Notes: generated from the letters alone by a model not told the origin. A DNA stretch of 64,000 nt from Candidatus Staskawiczbacteria bacterium (GCA_903928565.1 CAIYRH010000015.1:11569-75568), one strand, 5' to 3'; numbered from the stretch's first letter, positions 18,854-28,278 are shown. Numbers and translations: made by a program.

Positions 18854-19081
18854 ATGAAATACTCATTACTGTTGTTTACTACACTGACAAGTCAATATTC
18901 TTTACCAATAGCATCTCTACTCGCGCTGACATGGACGCCGGGGGTACTTGTATTCTTTATGTCTCTTTTCGCTCCCGTAGAGAGAAAGAAGTTGGTGTTG
19001 ACGGTATCGGGCATCATCGTCTTGATCGATACTATAATTTTTCTGATTGGTCCGCAGTTGGATATTTTAAAGCCCGGTTAA
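18854..19081 (+). CDS. possible small membrane protein (76 aa)
   Basis: The frame has 2-3 hydrophobic helices. The competing overlapping frame looks non-protein-like. No homology was recognised. Confidence 0.3.
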   Translation: MKYSLLLFTTLTSQYSLPIASLLALTWTPGVLVFFMSLFAPVERKKLVLTVSGIIVLIDTIIFLIGPQLDILKPG

Positions 19082-19129
19082 AAAGTAAATGCAATACGCA
19101 ATTGGAAGTATAAACTACAGGAGACTGAA

Positions 19130-19606
19130 ATGAAAAAAAATAAGCTTGAACGCTTGATTGCGTTCTATGGTGCGCTCGTAGGAGTAATCCGCAGTAGGGA
19201 GTTTGTGACTGCTTCTGCCGAAACGCTAGTTGAAATATACAGCGAAATGGTGGCCGAACTTTCAGTCCCCATTGTCACTGTTGACGACCTTCGTGAAATC
19301 CACTCGGATTATCACAATAACAACGCAGATCTCGACGTCCTGGAAGAAATTGCCGGATACGCGTTTAAGGACTTAGCTCCTCATATGGAAGATCCAAGAG
19401 TCCGCGTCATTTTTCAGGATTTGAAAGAGATGTCCGGCACCGACCAGTATACCGACCTCTTCCTCCACATTGTGGAAATCCGCCAATTGAGCGACTCGAA
19501 CGATGGGCCGACAGAAATCACACTGGTTGTTGATAACTACGGGCGTTTTGTAGACCTCTTGCAAGAGGACAGCAACATAGAAGTTGTGCACTCCTCGGCT
19601 TCCTAG
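19130..19606 (+). CDS. acidic hypothetical protein (GC-rich island gene)
   Basis: 158-aa ORF with AGGAG 7 nt upstream of the ATG. GC is elevated and the gene has its own terminator. Confidence 0.6.
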   Translation: MKKNKLERLIAFYGALVGVIRSREFVTASAETLVEIYSEMVAELSVPIVTVDDLREIHSDYHNNNADLDVLEEIAGYAFKDLAPHMEDPRVRVIFQDLKEMSGTDQYTDLFLHIVEIRQLSDSNDGPTEITLVVDNYGRFVDLLQEDSNIEVVHSSAS

Positions 19607-19624
19607 GCTGAGTCCGTTCGTTTG

Positions 19625-19652
19625 GCTCGAAGAAATTCGAGCTTCTTTTTTT
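19625..19652 (+). terminator. rho-independent terminator
   Basis: GCTCGAA-gaaa-TTCGAGC followed by TTCTTTTTTT. Confidence 0.8.
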
Positions 19653-19706
19653 ACTTGTCAAAACTTGTTGAAGAATTTTTTTTATGATATTATTTAAGTT
19701 AAACAT

Positions 19707-20300
19707 ATGGAAAAAAGACATAAAATTTTTGTCGCAATAAATTTACCTGGCGATATTAAAAAACAATTATTTCTGTACTCTCAAAAATTTTTAGATTTAC
19801 CTGCGCGGTGGGTGCCAAAAGATAATTTGCACATTACGTTAGAATTTCTTGGGGCCTTAACAGACATGGAAATTGGTGAAATTTGTGTGGCCGTTAAAGA
19901 AGTCGCAGAAAGGCACGGTAGTTTTACAATTGAATTACAAAAGGTTTTATATGGCCCCCCACTTCGCCAAGGCTCCGCGGGGCAGGCACAAACAATACCT
20001 AAAATGGTTTGGGTAGAGGGTAAAAAATCTAAAGAGTTGGCAATGATAAGGCAAGACTTAGAAAATACTTTAACAGAAAAAATTTCATTTATACCAGAAA
20101 GCAGGGCATTTGCTCCACACATTACTTTAGCCCGCATTAATGCAATGGAGTTTAGACAAATTGAGCCAGAAGAAGTGCCCGAAATAAATGAAGTTATCGA
20201 TTTAGCTTTTACAGTTGAATCAATTGAGGTTATGGAATCGGAAATGAGAAAAGGCGGGCCAGTTTATACGATTTTAGAATCACATAATTTAAATAATTAA
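19707..20300 (+). CDS. thpR: RNA 2',3'-cyclic phosphodiesterase (2H family, ThpR/LigT)
   Basis: Two HxT motifs are present (HITLEFLG and HITLARI). Confidence 0.85.
   Translation: MEKRHKIFVAINLPGDIKKQLFLYSQKFLDLPARWVPKDNLHITLEFLGALTDMEIGEICVAVKEVAERHGSFTIELQKVLYGPPLRQGSAGQAQTIPKMVWVEGKKSKELAMIRQDLENTLTEKISFIPESRAFAPHITLARINAMEFRQIEPEEVPEINEVIDLAFTVESIEVMESEMRKGGPVYTILESHNLNN
19953..19990 (+). repeat. GC-rich mini-element variant inside thpR, read in a different frame (encodes PLRQGSAGQAQ)
   Basis: CTTCGCCAAGGCTCCGCGGGGCAGGC compared with CTTCGCCAAGGCTTCGGCGAGGCGAGG in prmC. Confidence 0.7.
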
Positions 20301-20302
20301 AC

Positions 20303-21616
20303 ATGAAGATACATTTAATTGGAATTGGAGGAATTGGGGTTAGCGCACTGGCGCAATATTATTTATCGAAAGGTTATCAAGTAACCGGTTCTGATTTGGT
20401 TAAGTCTGAAATTACAGATTTTTTAAAGAAAAAAGGCGTAAAAATATTTATAGGTAATACCCGCGAAAATATAAAACAAGATTTAGACTTTGTTGTTTAC
20501 AGCCCCGCAGTAAAATCAAATAATCCCGAACTTCTACAAGCTACTCACTACAAACTACCCACTAAATCATATCCGGAAGCTTTGGGTGAGATAACAAAAG
20601 AATATTACACAATTGCAGTTTCTGGCGCTCACGGAAAAAGCACAACAACCGCAATGATTGCTTTACTTTTAGCAAAAGCCAAACTAGACCCAACGGTTAT
20701 TGTTGGCACTCGCGTTAAAGAATTTGGAAATTCAAATTTTAGAGCCGGGAAAAGTAAATTTTTAGTAATTGAAGCCTGCGAATATGACTCTTCGTTTTTA
20801 AAATATTTTCCAAACATAACTGTTGTTACAAACGTAGATAAAGAGCATTTAGATTTTTTTAAAACGCTTGCCAATGTTAAAAAGGCGTTTAAAAGTTTTA
20901 TTTTAAAAACAGCAAACGACGGTTTTTTAGTTTTTAACCAAGACAATAAATTTATTCCCATAATAAAAAAATCGAAATTTAAAGTTTTACCATTTTCAAT
21001 TAGACAAAAAGAAGTTGCAAAATTAAAGAAAATTTTGTATGTACCCGGCAAACATAACATTTACAATGCTTTAGGCGCGCTAACCGTGGCTAGAATTTTA
21101 GGAATTCCCGATGCAATTTCTTACAAGTCCCTGCAGGAATTTAGGGGTACATGGAGAAGGTTTGAATTAAAAAAGGGGAGTGCAAAAGGTAAAGCAATAA
21201 CTGTTATTTCCGATTATGCCCACCACCCCAACGAAATTGCCGCAACCTTAATGGCCACAAGAGAAAAATACCTGCCTGCCGGCAGGCAGGTCCAAAATAA
21301 ACGTATTTGGTGTGTTTTTCAACCACATCAACACCAACGTACTCACTATTTATTTAATGATTTTGTCAAAATGTTTCAAAAAATGCCAATTGATAAAATA
21401 ATTATCACGGACATTTATGATGTTGCCGGCAGAGAAACCAAAACAATAAATGCAGAAGTAAGCTCCGAAAAGCTAGTAAAGAAAATAAAATTAAACAATG
21501 TGGAATATGTTTCTTTGCCTGAAACAGAAAAATATATCAAAACTAACATAAAAAGTGGAGATATTTTACTGATAATGGGCGCCGGTGATATTTATAAGCT
21601 GTTTGATAAGTTTTAA
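20303..21616 (+). CDS. murC: UDP-N-acetylmuramate--L-alanine ligase
   Basis: IGIGGIGVSALA, GAHGKSTTTAM, DYAHHPNEI, FQPH. Confidence 0.93.
   Translation: MKIHLIGIGGIGVSALAQYYLSKGYQVTGSDLVKSEITDFLKKKGVKIFIGNTRENIKQDLDFVVYSPAVKSNNPELLQATHYKLPTKSYPEALGEITKEYYTIAVSGAHGKSTTTAMIALLLAKAKLDPTVIVGTRVKEFGNSNFRAGKSKFLVIEACEYDSSFLKYFPNITVVTNVDKEHLDFFKTLANVKKAFKSFILKTANDGFLVFNQDNKFIPIIKKSKFKVLPFSIRQKEVAKLKKILYVPGKHNIYNALGALTVARILGIPDAISYKSLQEFRGTWRRFELKKGSAKGKAITVISDYAHHPNEIAATLMATREKYLPAGRQVQNKRIWCVFQPHQHQRTHYLFNDFVKMFQKMPIDKIIITDIYDVAGRETKTINAEVSSEKLVKKIKLNNVEYVSLPETEKYIKTNIKSGDILLIMGAGDIYKLFDKF
21270..21291. repeat. 22-bp perfect GC-rich palindrome ACCTGCCTGCCGGCAGGCAGGT inside murC (encodes LPAGRQV)
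   Basis: Read directly from the sequence. It is in-frame. It corresponds to ~7 extra residues relative to E. coli MurC as I recall that sequence. Confidence 0.85.
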
Positions 21617-21656
21617 AAAAGACTTGACGCACTGTCATATTATGTTAGTATAAATA

Positions 21657-21925
21657 TACATTGAAAATTATAAAACCGTTGATTTAGGTCCTTTAGTTCC
21701 CAAGACTAAAGGGTGGGCCTGATTCGTCCGCCTTCGCATTAAGATTCGGCGAGACAAGGTGGTCTGTGCGTTAGTGCAGGCTCGGCTTCCTCCGTAATCA
21801 TAGGATAACTGCTAAATCAAGAAATTGATGAGTCAGTAAGCACCAGACACCATTCGGCATCTGGTTAACAAGGGTGGTACCACGAATCCTTCGATCCTAC
21901 TCAGGATCATGACTTTTCGTCCCTG
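21657..21925 (+). promoter_or_regulatory. putative T-box leader RNA (promoter TTGACG at 21624, -10 near 21647-21654)
   Basis: AACAAGGGTGGTACCACG (21867-21884) closely matches the T-box consensus GGGUGGUACCGCG. A stem ACCAGA/TCTGGT precedes it. tyrS lies downstream. I could not identify the specifier codon or terminator. Confidence 0.45.
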
Positions 21926-22024
21926 TCCTCCGATCAACATTGGAGCATAGAGATGAGAAGTTTTTTTGTTTACAAAAGTTAGTAAGCGACTTCTCACAAA
22001 GTCCTTTAACAATATTTAACGCCA

Positions 22025-22239
22025 TGGAAACTAATAAAAACGAAAAATTACCGAAGGATAATCCCAATCAGAAGTGTTTTAAATGCCGAAAAGTGCTTCC
22101 AACTTGGAGGTTAGACTTCGACCGTTTGGGGACAAGGGCTTTGGTGCTTAGGCACAATTTTTGCCCGGCGGTTGAGCCAAATGGCGAAATAGTGTTTTTG
22201 TGCACCGAATGCAAAATGCTTAGCATGGGGAGAACTTAG
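22025..22239 (+). CDS. small zinc-ribbon protein (71 aa; CxxC...CxxC)
   Basis: KCFKCRK...LCTECK. The stop codon lies in the loop of a strong terminator hairpin. GC is moderately elevated. Confidence 0.5.
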
Positions 22240-22258
22240 GTTCTCCCCCTTTTTATTT
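22227..22258 (+). terminator. rho-independent terminator
   Basis: GGGGAGAAC-ttag-GTTCTCCCC followed by CTTTTTATTTT. Confidence 0.85.
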
Positions 22259-22303
22259 TCCGTAAAAATTGCTATTATTTAATAAGGTTTTAAGAATAAA
22301 TAT

Positions 22304-23503
22304 ATGACAGACACAAACACACAAAAAATAGAAGAAGTCCTCACCCGCGGGGTGGAAGAAATTTTCGAAAAAGACAGTTTACTCAAAAAACTGCAATCCG
22401 GCAAGCAACTGAGAATCAAGCATGGCATTGACCCAACTGGGCCTAAAATACACATAGGTCGCGCTTTTCAGTTTTGGAAGTTGAAAGCTTTTCAGGAATT
22501 GGGTCACAAGATTGTTTTGATAATTGGTGATTTTACAGCAACAATCGGTGATGCATCTGATAAACAAGCGATGAGGAAGGTTTTAACAGAAAAAGAAGTT
22601 AAGGAAAATATGAAAGATTATCTAAGACAGATAGGGAAGATTTTAGATATGAGAAAAGTTGAGGTAAGGTATAACAGTGAATGGTTTAAAAAAATGAAAA
22701 TAAAGGATTTTGTCGCCCTGCAGATGATTTTTACTGCGCAACAGACAATTCAAAGAAGGAATTTTAAAGAAAGATGGGACGCGGGTAAGCCAATTGGTCT
22801 TCATGAATTAGATTATCCCTTATTCCAGGGTTATGATTCGGTTATGGTAAAAGCGGATATTGAGACGGGCGGTTCTGATCAGTTATTTAATTTACAAACT
22901 GGTAGAGAAATACAGAAATTTTTTAAACAGGAACAGCAAGACATAATGACTTCTAAAATGCTTGATGGTTTAGACGGTAGAAAAATGTCAACCAGTTGGG
23001 GTAATATAATTACAATACTTGATGAACCAACAGATATGTTTGGGAAAATAATGTCTATGAAAGATGAGTTGTTAGATATTTATTTTGAAATTGCAACAAG
23101 ACTTTCACAAAATGAAATTTCAGAAATTAAAAATTCCTCTAATAATCCTCGGGACATAAAAGCTAAATTGGCAAAGGAAATTGTAAGAATGTACCATGGC
23201 GAGAAAGAGGCGCAAAAGGCTGAAGAAGAATTTAATAAAATTCATAGAGATAAGGAATTACCAAGCGATATGCCTGTTTTTGAGGTTAACAAAGTAAATT
23301 ATCCGCCGCTAGATTTATTGTTTGATTCAAAATTGGCAATTTCAAAAAATGAGGCCAAAAGATTAATTGAAGGCGGGGGCGTGGAGACACAAGTTGAAGG
23401 TTTAAAGTTAAAAGTTAAAAGTTGGCAAGAAGATATAAAATTAGAAGACGGAATGATAATAAAAGTTGGAAATAGAAAGTTTATTAAAATTAAACTAAAA
23501 TAA
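22304..23503 (+). CDS. tyrS: tyrosine--tRNA ligase
   Basis: Class I motifs (HIGRAF as the HIGH-like motif, KMSTS) and a C-terminal S4-like domain (SKNEAKRLIEGGGV). Confidence 0.88.
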   Translation: MTDTNTQKIEEVLTRGVEEIFEKDSLLKKLQSGKQLRIKHGIDPTGPKIHIGRAFQFWKLKAFQELGHKIVLIIGDFTATIGDASDKQAMRKVLTEKEVKENMKDYLRQIGKILDMRKVEVRYNSEWFKKMKIKDFVALQMIFTAQQTIQRRNFKERWDAGKPIGLHELDYPLFQGYDSVMVKADIETGGSDQLFNLQTGREIQKFFKQEQQDIMTSKMLDGLDGRKMSTSWGNIITILDEPTDMFGKIMSMKDELLDIYFEIATRLSQNEISEIKNSSNNPRDIKAKLAKEIVRMYHGEKEAQKAEEEFNKIHRDKELPSDMPVFEVNKVNYPPLDLLFDSKLAISKNEAKRLIEGGGVETQVEGLKLKVKSWQEDIKLEDGMIIKVGNRKFIKIKLK

Positions 23504-23504
23504 T

Positions 23505-24098
23505 ATGAAAAAAATAATAACAGCAATAATTATTATTATAGTTTTATTGTTGGCGGGGTATTTTATTTATCAAAGCTACACGGCGCAACAAAAGCCGGTT
23601 GCATGCACAATGGAGGCGAAAATTTGTCCCGATGGCTCAGCAGTTGGCAGAACAGGCCCAAACTGCGAATTTGCCTCATGCCCAATCAGCACGGCATTGA
23701 ATTATAAAAACGATGAATATGGATTTCAAATAACTTTTACTGATTTATGGAAGGGGTATACGGTTAGTCAAACTAGTTGGCAGGGGCAAGATATTTCCGG
23801 TGGATCTAAAAAATATTCGGGCGTTGAATTAATTTTTAATAATCCACAAGGATCTAATACCCCCACGGCTAGCAGCGGGGCTTGCTGGCAAAACATTCCA
23901 ATTATGGTTTTTACTCCAGATGTTTGGCAGCTAGTTAGTGACGAAAAAATTGCAGTTTCTGCAGCGCCCATTGGTCCAGAAAAAATTGGAGAAAATGCAA
24001 AATATGTTTTTGCTTTGCCACCGCGTTGGTATGGATTTGCTTGTGATTTAGGAATTAAAGACGCGCAAAATATTGTAAAAACTTTTAAAGCTTTTTAA
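23505..24098 (+). CDS. membrane-anchored hypothetical protein
   Basis: N-terminal TM anchor followed by the Cys motif CTMEAKICPDGSAVGRTGPNCEFASCP. Confidence 0.6.
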   Translation: MKKIITAIIIIIVLLLAGYFIYQSYTAQQKPVACTMEAKICPDGSAVGRTGPNCEFASCPISTALNYKNDEYGFQITFTDLWKGYTVSQTSWQGQDISGGSKKYSGVELIFNNPQGSNTPTASSGACWQNIPIMVFTPDVWQLVSDEKIAVSAAPIGPEKIGENAKYVFALPPRWYGFACDLGIKDAQNIVKTFKAF

Positions 24099-24118
24099 AG
24101 AAATAAAATAAAACAATT

Positions 24119-25546
24119 ATGCCAAGATTTTTAATAAAAGATACAGCAAAACACGTTGGAGAAAAGGTTAGAGTTTGCGGTTGGGTTAACACATGGCGCG
24201 CTCATGGTAAAATTTTGTTTATAGATTTGCGCGATATTAGCGGAGTTTTACAGGTGGTCTTTGTGCCTTCAAGCCCAGAAGTTTACGAACTAGCCAAAAC
24301 TTTGCGCCCAGAATGGACAGTTGAAATTATTGGGCAAATAGTGAAAAGACCAGAAAATATGGTTAATGAAAAAATTGAAACTGGACAAGTTGAAATGTCT
24401 GTAGAAAACTTAAAAGTTTTATCGAAAGCAGAAACATTGCCATTTTCTATTGAAGGCGATGGCTACGATATAAACGAAGAAATAAGAATGAAATATAGGT
24501 ATTTAGATTTGCGAAGAGAACGATTAAAGAACAATCTTATTGTGCGACATAAATTAATACAATTTGTTAGAAACTTTTTAAGCCAAGAAAATTTTATAGA
24601 AATTGAAACGCCCATTTTAACAAAATCTACTCCAGAGGGAGCCAGAGATTATGTTGTACCCTCAAGAATGGAAGCTGGCAGTTTTTATGCCTTGCCACAA
24701 TCTCCGCAACAATATAAACAATTGTTAATGGCTGGCGGCTTAGAAAAATATTTTCAAATTGCAAAATGTTTACGCGATGAAGACCCAAGAGGGGACAGGC
24801 AACCAGAATTTACTCAATTAGACATGGAGGCCAGTTTTGTTGAGCAAGCCGATGTAATGGATTTAACAGAAAGGTTGTTAATTTCAATTGTTAAAAATTT
24901 ATATCCAAATAAAAAAATTCAAGAAACGCCATTTCCAAGAATTGACTACAAAGATGCAATGGCAAAATATAAAACTGACAGACCAGACTTAAGAAAAGAC
25001 AAAACAGACAAAGACGTGCTTGCTTTTTGCTGGGTGGTGAATTTTCCTTTCTTTAAAACCGGTTCTGATGAATTGGGTTACCCCGATGGAAAATGGAAGC
25101 CCACACACAACCCTTTTTCTAGACCAAAAGAGGAATTTATGGAGGATCTGTTGCATAAAAAAAATATTGAAAAAATATTAACAACCCAATATGATATTAT
25201 TTTGAATGGTTTTGAAATTGGTGGAGGATCTATTAGAAACCACACGCCAGAAGCACTTGAAAAGGTTTTTGAAATTGTGGGATATAAAAAAGAAACTATA
25301 ATTGAAAAATTTGGACACATGATGGAAGCATTTAAATATGGCGCGCCTCCACATGGTGGAATTGCTTGGGGCTTAGACAGGCTTGTGTCACTTATGCAAG
25401 ACGAGCCAAATATAAGGGAAGTTATTGCCTTTCCTAAAACTGGCGACGGCCGAGATCCAATGATGAATGCACCCTCTGAAATATCTAAAAATCAATTAGA
25501 AGAATTGCATATTAAAATTGAAACACCCAAAAAAAAGAAAAAATGA
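24119..25546 (+). CDS. aspS: aspartate--tRNA ligase (compact type)
   Basis: OB fold, FYALPQSPQQYKQLLM, DRQPEFTQLDME, GGGSIR, GLDRL. Confidence 0.93.
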   Translation: MPRFLIKDTAKHVGEKVRVCGWVNTWRAHGKILFIDLRDISGVLQVVFVPSSPEVYELAKTLRPEWTVEIIGQIVKRPENMVNEKIETGQVEMSVENLKVLSKAETLPFSIEGDGYDINEEIRMKYRYLDLRRERLKNNLIVRHKLIQFVRNFLSQENFIEIETPILTKSTPEGARDYVVPSRMEAGSFYALPQSPQQYKQLLMAGGLEKYFQIAKCLRDEDPRGDRQPEFTQLDMEASFVEQADVMDLTERLLISIVKNLYPNKKIQETPFPRIDYKDAMAKYKTDRPDLRKDKTDKDVLAFCWVVNFPFFKTGSDELGYPDGKWKPTHNPFSRPKEEFMEDLLHKKNIEKILTTQYDIILNGFEIGGGSIRNHTPEALEKVFEIVGYKKETIIEKFGHMMEAFKYGAPPHGGIAWGLDRLVSLMQDEPNIREVIAFPKTGDGRDPMMNAPSEISKNQLEELHIKIETPKKKKK

Positions 25547-26511
25547 ATTTAAAACGAGTTGTTGGAGGGCCATTGTTATCGGTTTTATTTTTGGCAATTT
25601 TTACATATGCGTTTTTTACGTCCCAGCAATTTTTTACAAGTAGTTTAAAAGTAAATTCAGGCACTGAACCGGCAGACAATTTAGTTAATGCCCAAAACAT
25701 AGTTCCGCTAGAAGAAAATACAGATAGAATAGATAATGTTTTGCAACTTCCCCAAACAAACAAGCCTATAGCAGTGGCTCCAGCAGATACAAATGTAAAT
25801 TCTCGGTCTGCAATTTCTGTTGAGACAAACCTTCAGGGAGAAAGCAAAATATTATTTGAAAAAAACAGCGATGTTGTTTTGCCAATTGCCAGCATTACAA
25901 AATTAATGACGGCAATTATAGTTTTAGATAATTACAATTTGTCCGACACCTGGCAGGTTGATAAAATTGCCGACTCGCAGTCTCCAATGAAACCCGACGT
26001 AAAGTTAAATGACACAATGACAGTTAACAGTTTTTTGGAAATAATGCTTATTGAATCTAGCAATAAATCGGCCTACACTTTATCTGAATTGGTTGGCACT
26101 GACAAATTTATTGAATTAATGAACAAAAAGGCCAAGGAAATGGGTCTGAGAAATACTTTTTTTGTAGATCCTAGCGGTTTAAGTTCTGGGAATGTATCAA
26201 CTGCCAAGGATTTAGCAAAACTTGCTGAATATATTTTAATAAATTATCCAAAAATTGGTGAAATAACGAGAGAAAAAAACATTTATATTATTGGCTTTGG
26301 TTATGTAACAAATACAGACGAACTTTTAGGAGAAATTCCAGAAATTGTATGTAGTAAAACTGGGTTTACCACCCAAGCAAAGGGTTGTTTGCTTTTGGCA
26401 ATAAATAATTTAAAAAATAAAGATTATTTTATAAATGTAGTTTTGGGCGCTGACAATAGATTTCTTGAAATGAAAAAACTAATTAATAAATCTGCTGCTG
26501 TTTGCAACTAG
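25543..26511 (+). CDS. D-alanyl-D-alanine carboxypeptidase (serine type, PBP5/S11-like)
   Basis: Motifs SITK, SSNK and KTGFT. N-terminal anchor. Confidence 0.85.
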   Translation: MNLKRVVGGPLLSVLFLAIFTYAFFTSQQFFTSSLKVNSGTEPADNLVNAQNIVPLEENTDRIDNVLQLPQTNKPIAVAPADTNVNSRSAISVETNLQGESKILFEKNSDVVLPIASITKLMTAIIVLDNYNLSDTWQVDKIADSQSPMKPDVKLNDTMTVNSFLEIMLIESSNKSAYTLSELVGTDKFIELMNKKAKEMGLRNTFFVDPSGLSSGNVSTAKDLAKLAEYILINYPKIGEITREKNIYIIGFGYVTNTDELLGEIPEIVCSKTGFTTQAKGCLLLAINNLKNKDYFINVVLGADNRFLEMKKLINKSAAVCN

Positions 26512-26512
26512 T

Positions 26513-27217
26513 ATGGGTAAAAAAATATTATTTATTATTGTTATTTTATTAGCAGTTATAATTTTTACTTTCATATATTTTTTTAATTCTAAACCAACGG
26601 ACACGACCGCAATTTTAGTAAAACCGGAAGTTATTGCACAAAAAAAACAGCTTGAAAAATTAACGCCAGATTCTTTGTTAATACAAATTGATAAGAAACA
26701 TTGTCTTGCTCCAGAATATGCACCGCAAGATTTAGTAGGAGTTTTAAGTTATGGAATATCGGCAAATAGCAGTTTTAGACTTAGAAAAATAGCAATGCCC
26801 GAATTAGTAGAAATGGTAACCGCGGCGCAAAAAGAGGGCATAGAATTGAAGGTGATTTCTGCTTACAGGTCTTATGCAGACCAACAAAGAATTTACAGTT
26901 CGTGGGTAGCACAGCTTGGGGCGAAAGAGGCTTCCAGACAGAGTGCTCCACCGGGCTGTAGCCAGCACGAATTGGGCACAGCTGTAGATTTTAATGAATT
27001 AAATGATTCGTTTGCAAATACTCCGACAGGAATTTGGCTTTCTAAAAACGCTTGGCAGTTTGGATGGGTTATTTCTTATCCTTTAAATTCAGAAAACATA
27101 ACCGGTTATGTTTACGAACCATGGCACTACAGATATATTGGAAAGGTAAATGCAAAAGAACTTGAAGAGTCGGGCTTAATATTAAGCAAATTTTTAGACA
27201 CAAAAAATAATTTATGA
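26513..27217 (+). CDS. M15 (VanY-type) D-Ala-D-Ala carboxypeptidase
   Basis: SAYRSYADQ, SQHELGTAVD, EPWHYRY. Confidence 0.85.
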   Translation: MGKKILFIIVILLAVIIFTFIYFFNSKPTDTTAILVKPEVIAQKKQLEKLTPDSLLIQIDKKHCLAPEYAPQDLVGVLSYGISANSSFRLRKIAMPELVEMVTAAQKEGIELKVISAYRSYADQQRIYSSWVAQLGAKEASRQSAPPGCSQHELGTAVDFNELNDSFANTPTGIWLSKNAWQFGWVISYPLNSENITGYVYEPWHYRYIGKVNAKELEESGLILSKFLDTKNNL

Positions 27218-28278
27218 TGACCTTATTTACCATAAATGTTATAAAAATTTTTAGTTTAGCAGCATTGTCTTCAATTTTGGCTGTTATTTGGTGCCCTTTG
27301 CTGACGCATTTTTTGTATAAGAACCAACTTTGGAAAAAATCTGCAAGGCAAAAAGCAATTTCTGGTGAAGACGCCGTTATTTTTAATAATTTACACAAAG
27401 AAAAAGAAGTGGGAACACCCAGAATGGGCGGTTTGCTAATTTGGATTACCACTGTTTTTGTAATATTTTTATTTTTTGCATTGTCTTTAATTTTCCCAAA
27501 CAGTTGGGCGGGTCAATTTAATTTTTTATCTAGAAGTCAAACATGGTTGCCGGTGTTTACGTTAATTGTGGCGTCTCTAGTTGGCATGGTTGACGACATT
27601 TTGGTTACCAAGGGCTGGGGAAAATATATTGGTGGAGGTATTTCATTTAAAAAACGTTTAATAATTGTAACTTTAATTGGTTTAATAGGAAGTATTTGGT
27701 TTTATCAGAAATTAGGTTGGGACATGGTGTATATACCTTTTGCTGGCGACGTTTCAATTGGCTCTTGGTATATTCCATTATTTATTTTAGTAACCATTGC
27801 ATGTTGGTCTGGCGGAATAATTGATGGTTTAGACGGTTTGGCGGGTGGAACTTTTGCTTCAATTTTTGGTGCATTCACGGTTATCGCATTCTCAACCGGG
27901 AAAATTGATTTGGCTGTTTTTTGTGCGGTAATAACGGGTACGCTGTTTTCATTTTTATGGTTTAACATTCCGCCGGCGCGTTTTTATATGGGTGAAACTG
28001 GAATTTTAGGCTTAACAACCGTAATGTCTGTAATTGCGTTTCTAACTGATTCAGTTTATGTGTTGCCAATAATTGCCGGACTTTTAGTGGTTACGGTTTT
28101 GTCTACAATTGTTCAACTTCTTTCAAAAAAATTCAGAAAAAAGAAAATTTTTCATTCAACACCAATTCACCATCATTTTGAAGCCCTCGGATGGCCTTCT
28201 TATAAAGTTACCATGCGAGCTTGGATTATTGGAATTGTTTTGGCATTCATTGGCGTGGCTGTAAGATTACTCAGGTAG
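27214..28278 (+). CDS. mraY: phospho-N-acetylmuramoyl-pentapeptide transferase
   Basis: 10-TM profile, PRMGG, DGLDGLAGG, TPIHHHFE. Confidence 0.92.
   Translation: MMTLFTINVIKIFSLAALSSILAVIWCPLLTHFLYKNQLWKKSARQKAISGEDAVIFNNLHKEKEVGTPRMGGLLIWITTVFVIFLFFALSLIFPNSWAGQFNFLSRSQTWLPVFTLIVASLVGMVDDILVTKGWGKYIGGGISFKKRLIIVTLIGLIGSIWFYQKLGWDMVYIPFAGDVSIGSWYIPLFILVTIACWSGGIIDGLDGLAGGTFASIFGAFTVIAFSTGKIDLAVFCAVITGTLFSFLWFNIPPARFYMGETGILGLTTVMSVIAFLTDSVYVLPIIAGLLVVTVLSTIVQLLSKKFRKKKIFHSTPIHHHFEALGWPSYKVTMRAWIIGIVLAFIGVAVRLLR

Noticed and set aside
18850-19113. An 87-aa ORF overlapping the 18830/18854 frame.
   Set aside because: Its translation lacks any hydrophobic or structural pattern. The other frame at least resembles a small membrane protein, and even that call is low-confidence.
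21624-21655. Possible dif-like site (GACGCACTGTCATATTATGTTAGTAT compared with the E. coli dif XerD arm TTATGTTAAAT).
   Set aside because: Only the right arm matches partially (8/11) and the left arm matches poorly. The sequence is better explained as a TTGACG/-10 promoter for the leader RNA. It is also far from the gene-orientation switch.
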